A stretch of 64,000 bases of DNA from Flavobacteriales bacterium (lineage in GTDB: Bacteria; Bacteroidota; Bacteroidia; Flavobacteriales; BACL11), in the NCBI GenBank assembly GCA_965183885.1, contig OZ238992.1, forward strand, positions 1,915,159 to 1,979,158, read 5' to 3'. Shown in pieces: positions 1-9,652 of the stretch. Made by a program: the position numbers and the translations under genes. The notes beneath the pieces were generated by a model. The model did no database searches. It was not told the DNA's origin and saw only the letters and a list, made by a program, of their open reading frames with translations. Each line of letters begins with the position of its first letter. Within the stretch, counting starts at the first letter, position 1.

Positions 1-1
1 T

Positions 2-628
2 TTAGCTGCTTGTACTTTTTATGCTACAATATTTAAGAAAAGTGCTGTTGGTAGTAGTTTTTGGCCTTCAGCTATAGACTCTGTAACAGCCTTAAGTCTT
101 CAGCAAATTGCAAGTAGTACCGTTTTAGATAGTTTAGCTACTTGGAATATTTTTAATGCTGATTATTCTTTTACTCAATTTTCTGATAGTGTAAACTTTT
201 TTAATCTATCATCTAATTATGAGAATGTAATTTGGGATTTTGGAGATGGATCTTATTCAACAGTAGAGAATCCTACGCATACTTATACTGCTAATGGAAC
301 TTATACAATTACTTTATCTGCACTTACTAATGGAGGATGTTTATTGGATACACATGCAATAACTGTTGTTGTAAATACTACGGCTATACCTTCTTGGGAT
401 TGTATAAATGATGCTTGTATTGATTTAGGAGCAGGAACAGGAGTATATACAAGTTTATCTGACTGTCAGGCTGTATGTGGTGTAGCTGGAATAAATGATA
501 TAAATGGAAGCCGTAAGCTAATAAATATTGTTGATGTTTATGGTAGAAAAAGTATAGCTAAGTTAAATATACCTTTGTTTTATAGGTATGATGATGGAAC
601 AGTAGAAAAGGTAATACTAACAGAATAA
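2..628 (+). CDS. Secreted protein fragment (5' end outside window): PKD-like domain, 4-Cys module and short T9SS-like C-terminal domain
   Basis: Frame 2 is open from the window edge. My translation reads ...NVIWDFGDGSYSTVENPTHTYTANGTYTITL, a PKD-type WDFGDG..H.Y..G.Y signature. Track ORF 344..628 is only the Met-initiated tail. The tail SWDCINDACIDLGAGTGVYTSLSDCQAVC + KLINIVDVYGRK..LFYRYDDGTVEKVILTE matches the tail of 5324..6835. Confidence 0.75.
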   Translation, partial: LAACTFYATIFKKSAVGSSFWPSAIDSVTALSLQQIASSTVLDSLATWNIFNADYSFTQFSDSVNFFNLSSNYENVIWDFGDGSYSTVENPTHTYTANGTYTITLSALTNGGCLLDTHAITVVVNTTAIPSWDCINDACIDLGAGTGVYTSLSDCQAVCGVAGINDINGSRKLINIVDVYGRKSIAKLNIPLFYRYDDGTVEKVILTE

Positions 629-1306
629 TTATAAAATAGATTCTCCATTAAGATTAGTTGTAAGTACATCGCTCATATAATCTAAGAAAGGTCTTACTTC
701 TAAAAAGGAATCAATAATAGTTTTATGGAAGTTCTTTGATAGAACCTCTTTATCAGTAAATTTACGCATTAGGATAAAGTCTTTCTTTTTTATAAGTTCA
801 ATATTAGGGTGTGCTTTATCAAACCCGTTAGGAGCATTTTTTACAGCATTTCCTTTGTAGAACCCTCCAAACATTTTTTGTATACCTTTTTCTTCTAGTA
901 TTGCTGTTATTTCTGAGGCATCAGTTTCAAATTCTTTTCTTATCCTAAATAAATCATCTTTGTTAGGCTGCCAAAACCCAGTAGCTAAGAAGCTACCTCC
1001 TGGGGTGATTTCAAGATGATAGCCTCCTCTTAAAGCATCAGTAGCCCTTTTGTAACTACAACTTCTATAGGTTTTGTAAGGTGTTTTATCTTTAGAGAAA
1101 CGAATATCTCTATAAATTCGATAAGCTTTCATTCCTTCAATATTATCAATAGTTGATAATTTATCATTTATAGCTGTAAAGAATTCCTTTATTTGCTGTT
1201 CTTCTTTTTGATAATAAGCTTTATTTTCTGCAAACCATTCTCTAGTATTATTGTTCTTAAGTTGGTTTAAGAATTTGAAGATAGAAGGGTTTACAATTGC
1301 AGTCAT
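629..1306 (-). CDS. DUF2461 (TIGR02453-like) family protein
   Basis: 225 aa. N-terminus FKFLNQLKNNNTREWF and YRIYRDIRFSKDKTPYKT are the hallmark motifs of this family as I remember them. Confidence 0.7.
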   Translation of the reverse strand: MTAIVNPSIFKFLNQLKNNNTREWFAENKAYYQKEEQQIKEFFTAINDKLSTIDNIEGMKAYRIYRDIRFSKDKTPYKTYRSCSYKRATDALRGGYHLEITPGGSFLATGFWQPNKDDLFRIRKEFETDASEITAILEEKGIQKMFGGFYKGNAVKNAPNGFDKAHPNIELIKKKDFILMRKFTDKEVLSKNFHKTIIDSFLEVRPFLDYMSDVLTTNLNGESIL

Positions 1307-1317
1307 CGTTTTATTTT

Positions 1318-3321
1318 TTACAAATCTAATGAATTTATTAAACTTTCATCAGTAGTGTTAGGCATAGTAACTTTTAGGCTAGGGTTAGCTTTCATAGCTC
1401 TTTCAATAGCAAAATTGGCTTCTTTGTTTCTTGCCCAGCTTCTACGGCTAATTCCATTATTTACATCCCAAAATAACATTGATTTTAAGCGTCTTTCTGC
1501 ATCAGCACTTCCATCTAGTAACATTCCAAAACCACCATTGATTACTTCGCCCCAACCAACACCACCGCCATTATGGATTGAAACCCAAGTAGCGCCTCTA
1601 AAACTATCGCCAATTACATTGTGTATTGCCATATCAGCTGTAAACTGTGAACCGTCATAAATATTTGAGGTTTCTCTATATGGAGAATCAGTTCCTGATA
1701 CATCATGATGGTCACGCCCTAGTACTACAGGAGCAGAAAGTGTGCCATCTGCAATAGCATTATTAAAGGCTTCAGCAATTTTCATTCTTCCTTCAGCATC
1801 AGCATATAAAATACGAGCTTGTGAACCTACTACCATCTTATTTTCTCCAGCTGTTTTTATCCAATTGATATTATCATTCATTTGCAATTGAATTTCAGCA
1901 GGGGAGTCTTGCATTATTTTTTCAAGCACTTCTGCTGCAATTTTATCTGTTATAGCTAAATCTTTAGCATCATTAGATGCACATACCCAACGGAAAGGAC
2001 CAAATCCATAATCAAAGCACATAGGTCCCATAATATCTTGTACGTAGGATGGATATTTAAATGCTCCATTATCATCCAATATATCAGCATCAGCACGGGA
2101 AGCTTCTAATAAAAATGCATTTCCATAATCAAAGAAATACATGCCTCTTTCAGCTAAGGTATTTATAGCATTGGTATGGCGTACTAAGGTTTCTTGTACT
2201 TCTTTTTTAAAGGCTTCAGGGTTGTTTGCCATCATTTCGTTGGCAGCCTCATAACTCATTCCTACAGGATAGTATCCTCCTGCCCATGGGTTGTGTAAAG
2301 AAGTTTGGTCAGATCCTATTTCAATATGAATATTACGAGCAACTATGCGTTCCCATAAATCAACAATATTTCCATCATAAGCTAAGGAAACAGCTTCTTT
2401 ATTTGTTCTCGCTTCAACAGCTCTATCTAGTAGTTTGTCTAAATCATCATATACTTCGTCTACCCATCCTTGTTCATGTCTTTTGTAAGTAGCCTGAGGA
2501 TTAACTTCTGCAACAATACAAACTCCTTTAGCAATTACACCTGCTTTTGGTTGGGCGCCACTCATGCCACCTAGTCCAGCAGTAACAAATATTTTTCCGC
2601 TTAAGTCTTCTGCTTTAGCATCAATTTTTCGTGCAGCATTAAGTACTGTAATAGTAGTTCCATGTACTATTCCTTGTGGGCCAATATACATAAATGAACC
2701 TGCTGTCATTTGTCCATATTGTGTTACTCCTAATGCATTAAACTTCTCCCAATCATCAGGTTTAGAATAGTTAGGAATCATCATTCCATTGCTGACTACA
2801 ACTCTAGGGGCATCTTTATGTGAAGGGAATAAACCCATTGGATGCCCAGAATATATTACTAGTGTTTGTTTATCAGTCATTTCTGCTAGGTACTGCATAC
2901 ACAATAGGTATTGTGCCCAGTTTTGGAAAACCGCACCATTTCCACCATAAGTAATTAGTTCTTCAGGGTGTTGAGCTATGGCATTATCTAAGTTGTTAGA
3001 GAGCATTAATTGTATTGCTGCAGCCTGCTTACTCTTATGAGGGAAGTCGTTTAAGTGCCTAGCTTTTATCTCATAATTAGGCATAAAACGATACATGTAT
3101 ATTCTTCCATAGGTTTTTAATTCCTCAGCAAATTCAGGGGCTAATACAGCATGCATGTGCTCTGGGAAATAACGCAAAGCATTTCGTATTGCTAATTGCT
3201 TTTCTTTTTTATTTAAAATATCTTTTCTCTTAGGCGCATGGCTAAGTATTGTGCTTATTTTCTTCTTTGGAGGTAAAACACTTGGTATACCTTCTAAAAT
3301 AGCTGCTTTAATATTTGTCAT
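1318..3321 (-). CDS. hutU: Urocanate hydratase (long form)
   Basis: 667-aa ORF. NAD-site region TAGLGGMSGAQPKAG and overall urocanase-like sequence. Antisense track ORFs inside it are shadows. Confidence 0.92.
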   Translation of the reverse strand: MTNIKAAILEGIPSVLPPKKKISTILSHAPKRKDILNKKEKQLAIRNALRYFPEHMHAVLAPEFAEELKTYGRIYMYRFMPNYEIKARHLNDFPHKSKQAAAIQLMLSNNLDNAIAQHPEELITYGGNGAVFQNWAQYLLCMQYLAEMTDKQTLVIYSGHPMGLFPSHKDAPRVVVSNGMMIPNYSKPDDWEKFNALGVTQYGQMTAGSFMYIGPQGIVHGTTITVLNAARKIDAKAEDLSGKIFVTAGLGGMSGAQPKAGVIAKGVCIVAEVNPQATYKRHEQGWVDEVYDDLDKLLDRAVEARTNKEAVSLAYDGNIVDLWERIVARNIHIEIGSDQTSLHNPWAGGYYPVGMSYEAANEMMANNPEAFKKEVQETLVRHTNAINTLAERGMYFFDYGNAFLLEASRADADILDDNGAFKYPSYVQDIMGPMCFDYGFGPFRWVCASNDAKDLAITDKIAAEVLEKIMQDSPAEIQLQMNDNINWIKTAGENKMVVGSQARILYADAEGRMKIAEAFNNAIADGTLSAPVVLGRDHHDVSGTDSPYRETSNIYDGSQFTADMAIHNVIGDSFRGATWVSIHNGGGVGWGEVINGGFGMLLDGSADAERRLKSMLFWDVNNGISRRSWARNKEANFAIERAMKANPSLKVTMPNTTDESLINSLDL

Positions 3322-3487
3322 CTTCTTTCTTCTGCTTTAATTCTTTTTTATACGGACAATGCTTACAATTATTGTTACAGCAATATCCTCTCTTTAAATG
3401 GTACTTTTCAGTAAAAATAATATAGCCTTCTTTAGAATGATAATACTCATCCTTATCTAGCTTGTCTATTTTTGAAAATCCTTTCAT
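3308..3487 (-). CDS. Small Cys-rich protein, DUF5522-like (59 aa, below the ORF-track cutoff)
   Basis: Hand translation of the minus strand: MKGFSKIDKLDKDEYYHSKEGYIIFTEKYHLKRGYCCNNNCKHCPYKKELKQKKEDDKY*. The YHLxRGYCCxxxCxHCPY core is the DUF5522 signature. The stop overlaps the hutU start by 14 nt. Confidence 0.6.
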   Translation of the reverse strand: MKGFSKIDKLDKDEYYHSKEGYIIFTEKYHLKRGYCCNNNCKHCPYKKELKQKKEDDKY

Positions 3488-3517
3488 AAGGTTGGCAAAT
3501 TTACGATATTTGCACGA

Positions 3518-4405
3518 ATGAAAATAGAAACAAAGGAAATATCACTACCACTGCTAACGGAAAAGCAAGTGCGTTTATTTGTTAAACGCATTGATAAAGT
3601 GCATCCTTTTGTTTCAGGAAACAAATGGTATAAGCTAAAGTATAACTTGTTAGCAGCAAAAAAAGAGCATTACAGCTCACTTTTAACCTTTGGAGGGGCA
3701 TATTCTAACCATATTGCAGCTAGTGCCTGGTCAGCAAAAGAAAATGGCTTTAAAAGCATTGGAATTATAAGAGGAGAGGAGTGTTTGCCCTTAAATCCTA
3801 CATTAGCTTTTGCAAAAGCACAAGGAATGGAATTGTATTACGTGAGTAGGGCTGATTATCGTCAGAAACACACTGCTAGTTTTATTAAAAGTTTAAAAAA
3901 TAGGTTTGGTAACTTTTATTTGGTTCCAGAAGGGGGAACAAATGCTTTAGCAATAAAAGGAACTGCTGAAATATTAGATGCAAATGATACTCAAGATTAT
4001 ATTTGTTCTGCTGTAGGAACTGGAGGTACTATTGCAGGAATTATTAATAACAGTAAGGTAACACAAAAGATAGTAGGCTTTACTGCAATTAAGGGTTTTA
4101 ATTTATTGAAGCAAGATATAAAAAATTGGACTGAGAAAGAAAATTGGATACTCACAGATGATTATGTAGAGGGAGGTTACGCTAAGACAAGTGAAGCTTT
4201 AGTTGAATTTATTAATCAATTTTATTTATCACAAAATATTCCTTTGGATGCTATCTATACAGGAAAAATGATGATGGGTATTTTGGATTTAGTAGCTAAA
4301 GATTACTTTCCTAAGGGAAGTAGAGTGTTAGCCATACATACAGGAGGTTTACAAGGGAATAAAGGAATGAGTGAACGGTTAGGAATTAGTTTGCCTTTAA
4401 TATAA
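3518..4405 (+). CDS. PLP-dependent enzyme, ACC deaminase / D-cysteine desulfhydrase family
   Basis: 295 aa. SGNKWYKLKYNL, GGAYSNH and C-terminal HTGGLQG are typical of this fold-type II PLP family. Confidence 0.8.
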   Translation: MKIETKEISLPLLTEKQVRLFVKRIDKVHPFVSGNKWYKLKYNLLAAKKEHYSSLLTFGGAYSNHIAASAWSAKENGFKSIGIIRGEECLPLNPTLAFAKAQGMELYYVSRADYRQKHTASFIKSLKNRFGNFYLVPEGGTNALAIKGTAEILDANDTQDYICSAVGTGGTIAGIINNSKVTQKIVGFTAIKGFNLLKQDIKNWTEKENWILTDDYVEGGYAKTSEALVEFINQFYLSQNIPLDAIYTGKMMMGILDLVAKDYFPKGSRVLAIHTGGLQGNKGMSERLGISLPLI

Positions 4406-4433
4406 TATTAGCCCTTCAAAGGCTTATTTTCTG

Positions 4434-4441
4434 TAAGTTTG
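4434..4441 (+). promoter_or_regulatory. Bacteroidota -7 promoter box TAAGTTTG (TAnnTTTG)
   Basis: Exact match to the TAnnTTTG consensus. It ends 4 nt before the ATG at 4446, implying a leaderless or near-leaderless mRNA. Confidence 0.5.
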
Positions 4442-4445
4442 TGCT

Positions 4446-5318
4446 ATGAAAAAAATCTTCCCCTTATTTCTATCTTTAATATCTTTTTTCTCTTTAGCAC
4501 AAACTAAAACAGAAGCTTATATTAATAATTATAAAACACTTGCAATTGCTGAGATGAACCGTTTTAATATTCCTGCTTCTATTACACTTGCTCAAGGGAT
4601 ATTAGAGTCAGGGAATGGTGAGAGTAGATTAGCTACTGAAGGAAAAAATCATTTTGGAATAAAATGTCATAGTAATTGGAGTGGAAAAACAATAATTGAA
4701 GATGATGATGAAAAAGGAGAATGCTTTAGAAAATATCCTAAAGTAGCAGATTCTTATAGGGATCATTCTTTATTCTTGACTGAAAGAGGACGCTACTCGT
4801 TTTTATTTGATTACTCTCCAACAGATTATAAAAAGTGGGCCAAAGGGCTTAAAAGAGCTGGCTATGCTACTAATCCTAAGTACCCATCATTATTAATTAA
4901 CTTAATTGAGCGTTATGAACTTTATCAGTATGATAAAGGTAGTGAAAGAGGGAAACAATTATATTTTGCACATACTTATGGCTTGCCTTACCTTACAGGA
5001 CTAGGAGCTTATTACTTTAATAAAAAATCTTTGTATCATCTTGATGTAAGCACATCATTTGTTTTTTCTAATGCTAGTTTTGGGTATAATTATGAGCTTT
5101 TTAATAAGTTTTATGCAGGAGCGAATACTGGAGTACTTTATTTTCCTACAAAGGAAGAAGATTTTATTCCTCAAGTTTCTGCTGAATTGATGTATAGAAA
5201 ATCAAGTAAGAATAAGCGTTATAATTCTGTATTAATAAGGGGGGGGATGCAATACCCTTTAACCAAAATGGACTATAAATTTATACCTTATATTAGTATT
5301 TCATATTTATTGAATTAA
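4446..5318 (+). CDS. Secreted glucosaminidase-domain (mannosyl-glycoprotein endo-beta-N-acetylglucosaminidase-like) protein
   Basis: Signal peptide. ITLAQGILESGNGESRLATEGKNHFGIKC matches the catalytic region of FlgJ/LytD-type glucosaminidases. The C-terminal half is aromatic-rich and of unknown function. Confidence 0.8.
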   Translation: MKKIFPLFLSLISFFSLAQTKTEAYINNYKTLAIAEMNRFNIPASITLAQGILESGNGESRLATEGKNHFGIKCHSNWSGKTIIEDDDEKGECFRKYPKVADSYRDHSLFLTERGRYSFLFDYSPTDYKKWAKGLKRAGYATNPKYPSLLINLIERYELYQYDKGSERGKQLYFAHTYGLPYLTGLGAYYFNKKSLYHLDVSTSFVFSNASFGYNYELFNKFYAGANTGVLYFPTKEEDFIPQVSAELMYRKSSKNKRYNSVLIRGGMQYPLTKMDYKFIPYISISYLLN

Positions 5319-5323
5319 GAAAC

Positions 5324-6835
5324 TTATTCAATAATTATATGCTTGTCTACAGTACCATCATCATAAATGTAAAATAGGGTAGCATTTCTTTTTATAGTAG
5401 TTTCTTTTCCTAGTATATCTACTATTTTAAGAAGTTTTCGTTTAGTTTTTTGTACTTCATTAAGAATGCTTACAGTACAAACAGCTTGGCAAGAAGATAA
5501 ACTAGTGTAAACTCCTGTTCCTAGCCCGTAGTCAATACAAGTGCCATTTGTGCAATCCCAAGAAGGAGTAAAGTTACAATTGTTATTAAAAGAGTGTTGA
5601 GGATCAATATTTCCATTGTTTATAGTCCAGTTAGCATAAGCCCAAGTAGTATCATCAGCTTCAATGCAGTATAAATTAGGGTTGTTACTGATATTAAACT
5701 CTGATGCACTAATACTCATATTGCTGTTGTTTCCATTTCTAATATCTAGCGTTGTAAGCATATTATTGTTACAAATTAAGTTCTTTAATCTTGTATTTGT
5801 ACTTAAATCAAGACTATTAAGTTGATTATTAAAACATGATAAATGTTTTAAGGCTGTATCTTGATTTATTGTAAGGTTAGTTAGTTGATTACCGTCACAA
5901 GCTAATGTTCTTAAATTAAAAAGGCTGTCAGCATTTATACTAGTAAGCAGGTTTGTACTACATTCAAGTCTTATTAAACTAGGTAGTACTAGTGAGCTTA
6001 TGTTTGATATCTTATTGTTATTACAATGGAACTCTTTAAGGTTTGGATGTGTTCCAGCAATAATATTTGTAAGGTGATTATCATTACAATAAAGCTTTTT
6101 AAGTGAATAGTTGGAGCTGATGTCTAAAGTAGTAAGTGTATTGTCATTACAATACAGGTTTATTAGTGAAGGGTTTTGGTCTATATTTAAGCTAGATAGT
6201 AAATTTTGTCCACAATATAAATGTTCTAGATTAGGGTTGGCATTTAAGTTTAAACTACTTATTTGGTTTAAGAAACAGAATAGAAACTTTAAGGATGAAT
6301 TGTAAGTTGTGTTAAGGTTGGTGATTTGATTATCAATGCAATATAGTTTCTCTAATGCAAAATTATCATTAATGTTAAGGCTAGAAAGTTGGTTTGAGCT
6401 ACAGATTAATATTTTTAAACCGGTATTTGAGTTTACGTTCAGATTTGTAAGTTGGTTTATTTCACAGTTTAAGTATTCTAAAAAAGTATTACTACTTAGG
6501 TCCAGATTGTTAATCTGATTTCCATTGCAATCTAGGTGTGTTAAGGAGGTGTTGTTACTTACATCTAGACTCGTTAGTAAATTATTAGAACAGTTTAAGT
6601 CGTTTAGAGCAGCAAAAGCATTAATCCCTGTTAAATCAAGTATCGATAAAGAGCTAACATCTAAGGAGCTAATAGTATTAATTGAATTAGTATTAACTGA
6701 ATCATTAAAGCTAATACCATCACCCATACCATTGCTTTCTAAATAAAACTCAAATGCATTATCTGGAATATGTGTCTTTTGTGCTTTTCCGTTTAAGGCA
6801 AATACAAAAAATAAAAGTAGAAGTTTGTATTTCAT
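5324..6835 (-). CDS. Secreted leucine-rich-repeat protein with 4-Cys module and short T9SS-like C-terminal domain
   Basis: Signal peptide, then about 14 LRR units of 21-23 aa (L..L.C..N.L..L....N..). The tail is PSWDCTNGTCIDYGLGTGVYTSLSSCQAVC + KLLKIVDILGKE...LFYIYDDGTVDKHIIIE. Confidence 0.85.
   Translation of the reverse strand: MKYKLLLLFFVFALNGKAQKTHIPDNAFEFYLESNGMGDGISFNDSVNTNSINTISSLDVSSLSILDLTGINAFAALNDLNCSNNLLTSLDVSNNTSLTHLDCNGNQINNLDLSSNTFLEYLNCEINQLTNLNVNSNTGLKILICSSNQLSSLNINDNFALEKLYCIDNQITNLNTTYNSSLKFLFCFLNQISSLNLNANPNLEHLYCGQNLLSSLNIDQNPSLINLYCNDNTLTTLDISSNYSLKKLYCNDNHLTNIIAGTHPNLKEFHCNNNKISNISSLVLPSLIRLECSTNLLTSINADSLFNLRTLACDGNQLTNLTINQDTALKHLSCFNNQLNSLDLSTNTRLKNLICNNNMLTTLDIRNGNNSNMSISASEFNISNNPNLYCIEADDTTWAYANWTINNGNIDPQHSFNNNCNFTPSWDCTNGTCIDYGLGTGVYTSLSSCQAVCTVSILNEVQKTKRKLLKIVDILGKETTIKRNATLFYIYDDGTVDKHIIIE
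5713..6613 (-). repeat. Intragenic tandem LRR-coding repeats (about 66-69 nt units)
   Basis: Periodic L..L.C..N.LT.L motif through roughly residues 75-375 of the 503-aa protein. Boundaries are approximate. Confidence 0.7.
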
Positions 6836-6974
6836 TAATTATTATCTATTTAAACCAAAATATTTTACTTAAAAAATCTTTAAAACCTATTTATAAAGGT
6901 TCTGGGTTTAAAGGTAATAATTTTTCTTAACTAATAAAAATATAGGATTTAAGGCTTATCTACTAGGGATTACT

Positions 6975-9617
6975 TTACTTTTTACTTCCTAATTCGTAGC
7001 TATAAATAAAACCATTTTTAACATTAAGGATATTTATTTTGCTATTATTATTAAGATCAACCATATTAAAATAGCCATCTGTTGCAATAGGGAAGCCTTC
7101 AATTATTCCTGAGCTATTAAATAAATACAGATGTTGTTTAGTAGTTGTAGCATAAATATTATTAGTCATAGCTGAAAGTGCTATAATTTCACTATTTAAA
7201 GTAAAAGACTGTAGGTTATTAAACTCCTTAGTATCAATAATAAATAACTGATTATTATTAGTGTAAGCTAGTTGAGAGTTAGACGTTTCTGTATTATTAA
7301 ATACTAATTGAGTATGTAGTAGTTTACTATTTGAGCTTAAGTTAGGAACGGTAATAGTAGTTGCATTACCATTAGTTGTACCTTTCCAAAGCTTGCCTTC
7401 AGTAGTAATATTATATAGAGTGCCGTTATTATCTATTTGTGTAGGATTGTTGGTGAATTGAATATTTGTTTCAAAAGAAACTCTTTCACTACCATTCAAT
7501 GCTAGTAATCTAGTATTGCTATTTTGGGTAGCAGCTAATATATAATCCTTTGTACCTACTCTAAAGTGTCTAGGACTTTCTTTTATGTTGTCTGTTGTTA
7601 CCTCATATTTCCACCCTTTTACATCTTTTCCTTTCTTATCTAAGTTGTATATATTGTTGTCATTTCCAACAATAATAATACGGTATTTTTTAGTGTTGTT
7701 ATAATCAAATAAGGAGTGTCCTAAAGAAGTTTTAGAAGGTAATATTTTTGGGAATCCATCTACATTTTTACCATTTCTATCTAATAAGTGTAATTGTGAG
7801 TTAGTATTAAAAAGGCATTGGTATTTATTATTTTTATAGGCATCAATAACTGATATCTCTCCAATAATTTTAGCATCTAGTTCTTTTTTCCATAACTGTT
7901 CTCCTTTTGCATTAATTGCAAATAAAGTATTGTTGTCATTCTGTATCAATATCATTTGTTCTTTAGTAAAATGATTGTATACAAACTGAGGAGTCATACT
8001 TGTTGTAGTGTCTAATTGTTTAAACCACTCTTCTTTTATATCTTCTTTAAAGTCTGTATCATAAAAAAGGTTAAGGTTGTTAAGTAGTAAGTTTTTCTTT
8101 GCAGTTATTTGTAATGATAGAGCAGTAAATTTAGCTAATGAGTCAGTATTAAATACTAACTGTTTGCTAAAATTAGCTTGTAATTTATTTTTTAAGGCAC
8201 TAGCAGTCTTTCCAGGGTTTATGTAGAAAAATAGATTTGATTTAGATGAAAAGTAGTTGCTGTAATTAGAAAAATGTTTGCTGTTTACTAAAGTGTTTTT
8301 CCCTTTGTAATTATCAATTAGGTACTCCAGGGAAGCAACAGTATTACTAAAAATAAAGTAATCATTAATACTTGTAAAGTATGGGGTGCTTTGTTCAAAT
8401 AGGTCACCAAAAAGGTGAGCTGTTATTTTAGGGTCTGCAATAGTGTTAATTGCATAATCTGAGTAGGTTTTCTTATCAGTGATTAAACCTTGAAGTAGGC
8501 TACTAGTAGTAATTGAATTTTTACTTTTAAAATATGTATATTGTTGTTGTTGACTTTGAGTAGCAGATGTGTTGAATAAACCAGCTTCTTTTTCTAGTTC
8601 ATTTATAAACTCATTATAATTCACATTATTACTATCAATAATAGCTTTACGGTGTTTATCCCAGCTCCAGAAGTTATTTTGATTTTGAAGAATTTTATTC
8701 TTCTTTTCATATAAATCCTTTGTGTTGTTAAAGCCAATTGCAAGTAGTAAAGAGGTATTTTCTGGTATAATATCAGTAATTCCTATTTTTTGCGGAGATT
8801 GATTGTTAAATACATCGGTAAAATCATTTGTATTTTTATTAAAAGTTCCAAAACCATTTGCAACTATAAGTTCATTTTTTAGGCTTATATCAGTAGCTAC
8901 CCAAGAAGAGAAGTCAGAAATATTAATATTTGAATTGCAGAATAAATTAGTGTATTCAAAGAGTTTGTTGTAGTTATATATTAAATTAATATCTGCTGTT
9001 TCGCTAATAGTTTTATATGCATTGGCAAAAGAGGGGAGTGTTGTTAGGTTTTCAGTAGAGGTACTTGCTCTAATAGCATCTTCAACTAACATCTTATTAG
9101 TAGAGCAAAATACAATATCCTCTTTAAAGCTCATAAATATAACTTCTGACTTGTTATTTAATTCAAATATTGATTGGTTATTATATTGTACTTCATTAAT
9201 AATTCCTCCAAATAAGCGAGTTATTGCTGACTCGTCATTAATTTCATTTTTTAAGAAATTACCACTTAATAGAACTGCATTATTGTTAGCACCTACTTTA
9301 TGAAATGAAATGAATAAGGCGCTGTTTTTAAACAAGGTATGGTGTGTGTTGTAGAAGCTGCTAAGATTCTTAATTTGAGTATTAACACTATCAACTAGAC
9401 TAATATTCCTTAAACGGTTCCAGATTAATACGTCATTTAAATTAGTATGTACCTTTTCCACATCATTTATTTGCAAAATAACAGCAGCATTGCTAGGTAT
9501 AACATTTAATGGGTTTTCAGTATTTTTTACCGCTCTTTGATAACTGTTATAGCCTATGGCTATAATTATGAATACCAGGATTATAGGTATGGAGATTTTA
9601 AGTGTTTTAAGAAACAT
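6975..9617 (-). CDS. Large membrane-anchored hypothetical protein with C-terminal beta-propeller-like repeats
   Basis: 880-aa ORF with an N-terminal TM helix (ISIPIILVFIIIAIGY). The C-terminal third has repeated NG/DG..G.. blade-like segments (LLDRNGKNVDGFP, YNLDKKGKDVKGW). I do not recognise a family. Confidence 0.6.
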   Translation of the reverse strand: MFLKTLKISIPIILVFIIIAIGYNSYQRAVKNTENPLNVIPSNAAVILQINDVEKVHTNLNDVLIWNRLRNISLVDSVNTQIKNLSSFYNTHHTLFKNSALFISFHKVGANNNAVLLSGNFLKNEINDESAITRLFGGIINEVQYNNQSIFELNNKSEVIFMSFKEDIVFCSTNKMLVEDAIRASTSTENLTTLPSFANAYKTISETADINLIYNYNKLFEYTNLFCNSNINISDFSSWVATDISLKNELIVANGFGTFNKNTNDFTDVFNNQSPQKIGITDIIPENTSLLLAIGFNNTKDLYEKKNKILQNQNNFWSWDKHRKAIIDSNNVNYNEFINELEKEAGLFNTSATQSQQQQYTYFKSKNSITTSSLLQGLITDKKTYSDYAINTIADPKITAHLFGDLFEQSTPYFTSINDYFIFSNTVASLEYLIDNYKGKNTLVNSKHFSNYSNYFSSKSNLFFYINPGKTASALKNKLQANFSKQLVFNTDSLAKFTALSLQITAKKNLLLNNLNLFYDTDFKEDIKEEWFKQLDTTTSMTPQFVYNHFTKEQMILIQNDNNTLFAINAKGEQLWKKELDAKIIGEISVIDAYKNNKYQCLFNTNSQLHLLDRNGKNVDGFPKILPSKTSLGHSLFDYNNTKKYRIIIVGNDNNIYNLDKKGKDVKGWKYEVTTDNIKESPRHFRVGTKDYILAATQNSNTRLLALNGSERVSFETNIQFTNNPTQIDNNGTLYNITTEGKLWKGTTNGNATTITVPNLSSNSKLLHTQLVFNNTETSNSQLAYTNNNQLFIIDTKEFNNLQSFTLNSEIIALSAMTNNIYATTTKQHLYLFNSSGIIEGFPIATDGYFNMVDLNNNSKINILNVKNGFIYSYELGSKK

Positions 9618-9652
9618 ATTTTGTTTTGGAATAAAAAATCAAAATTAGTAAT

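Noticed and set aside
1355-2770. Track ORFs 1355..1660, 2226..2492 and 2564..2770 on the + strand.
   Set aside because: They lie entirely antisense within the well-supported hutU gene, and their translations are low-complexity. They are shadow ORFs.
5239-5246. 8-G run inside the glucosaminidase gene (..IRGGMQ..).
   Set aside because: It is in frame with an intact ORF and shorter than the 11-13 G tracts. There is no evidence of frame disruption, so I do not call it a switch.
6111-6746. Track ORFs 6111..6305, 6336..6518 and 6525..6746 on the + strand.
   Set aside because: They are antisense to the LRR gene. Repetitive Leu/Ser/Lys-rich translations are the expected mirror of LRR codons.
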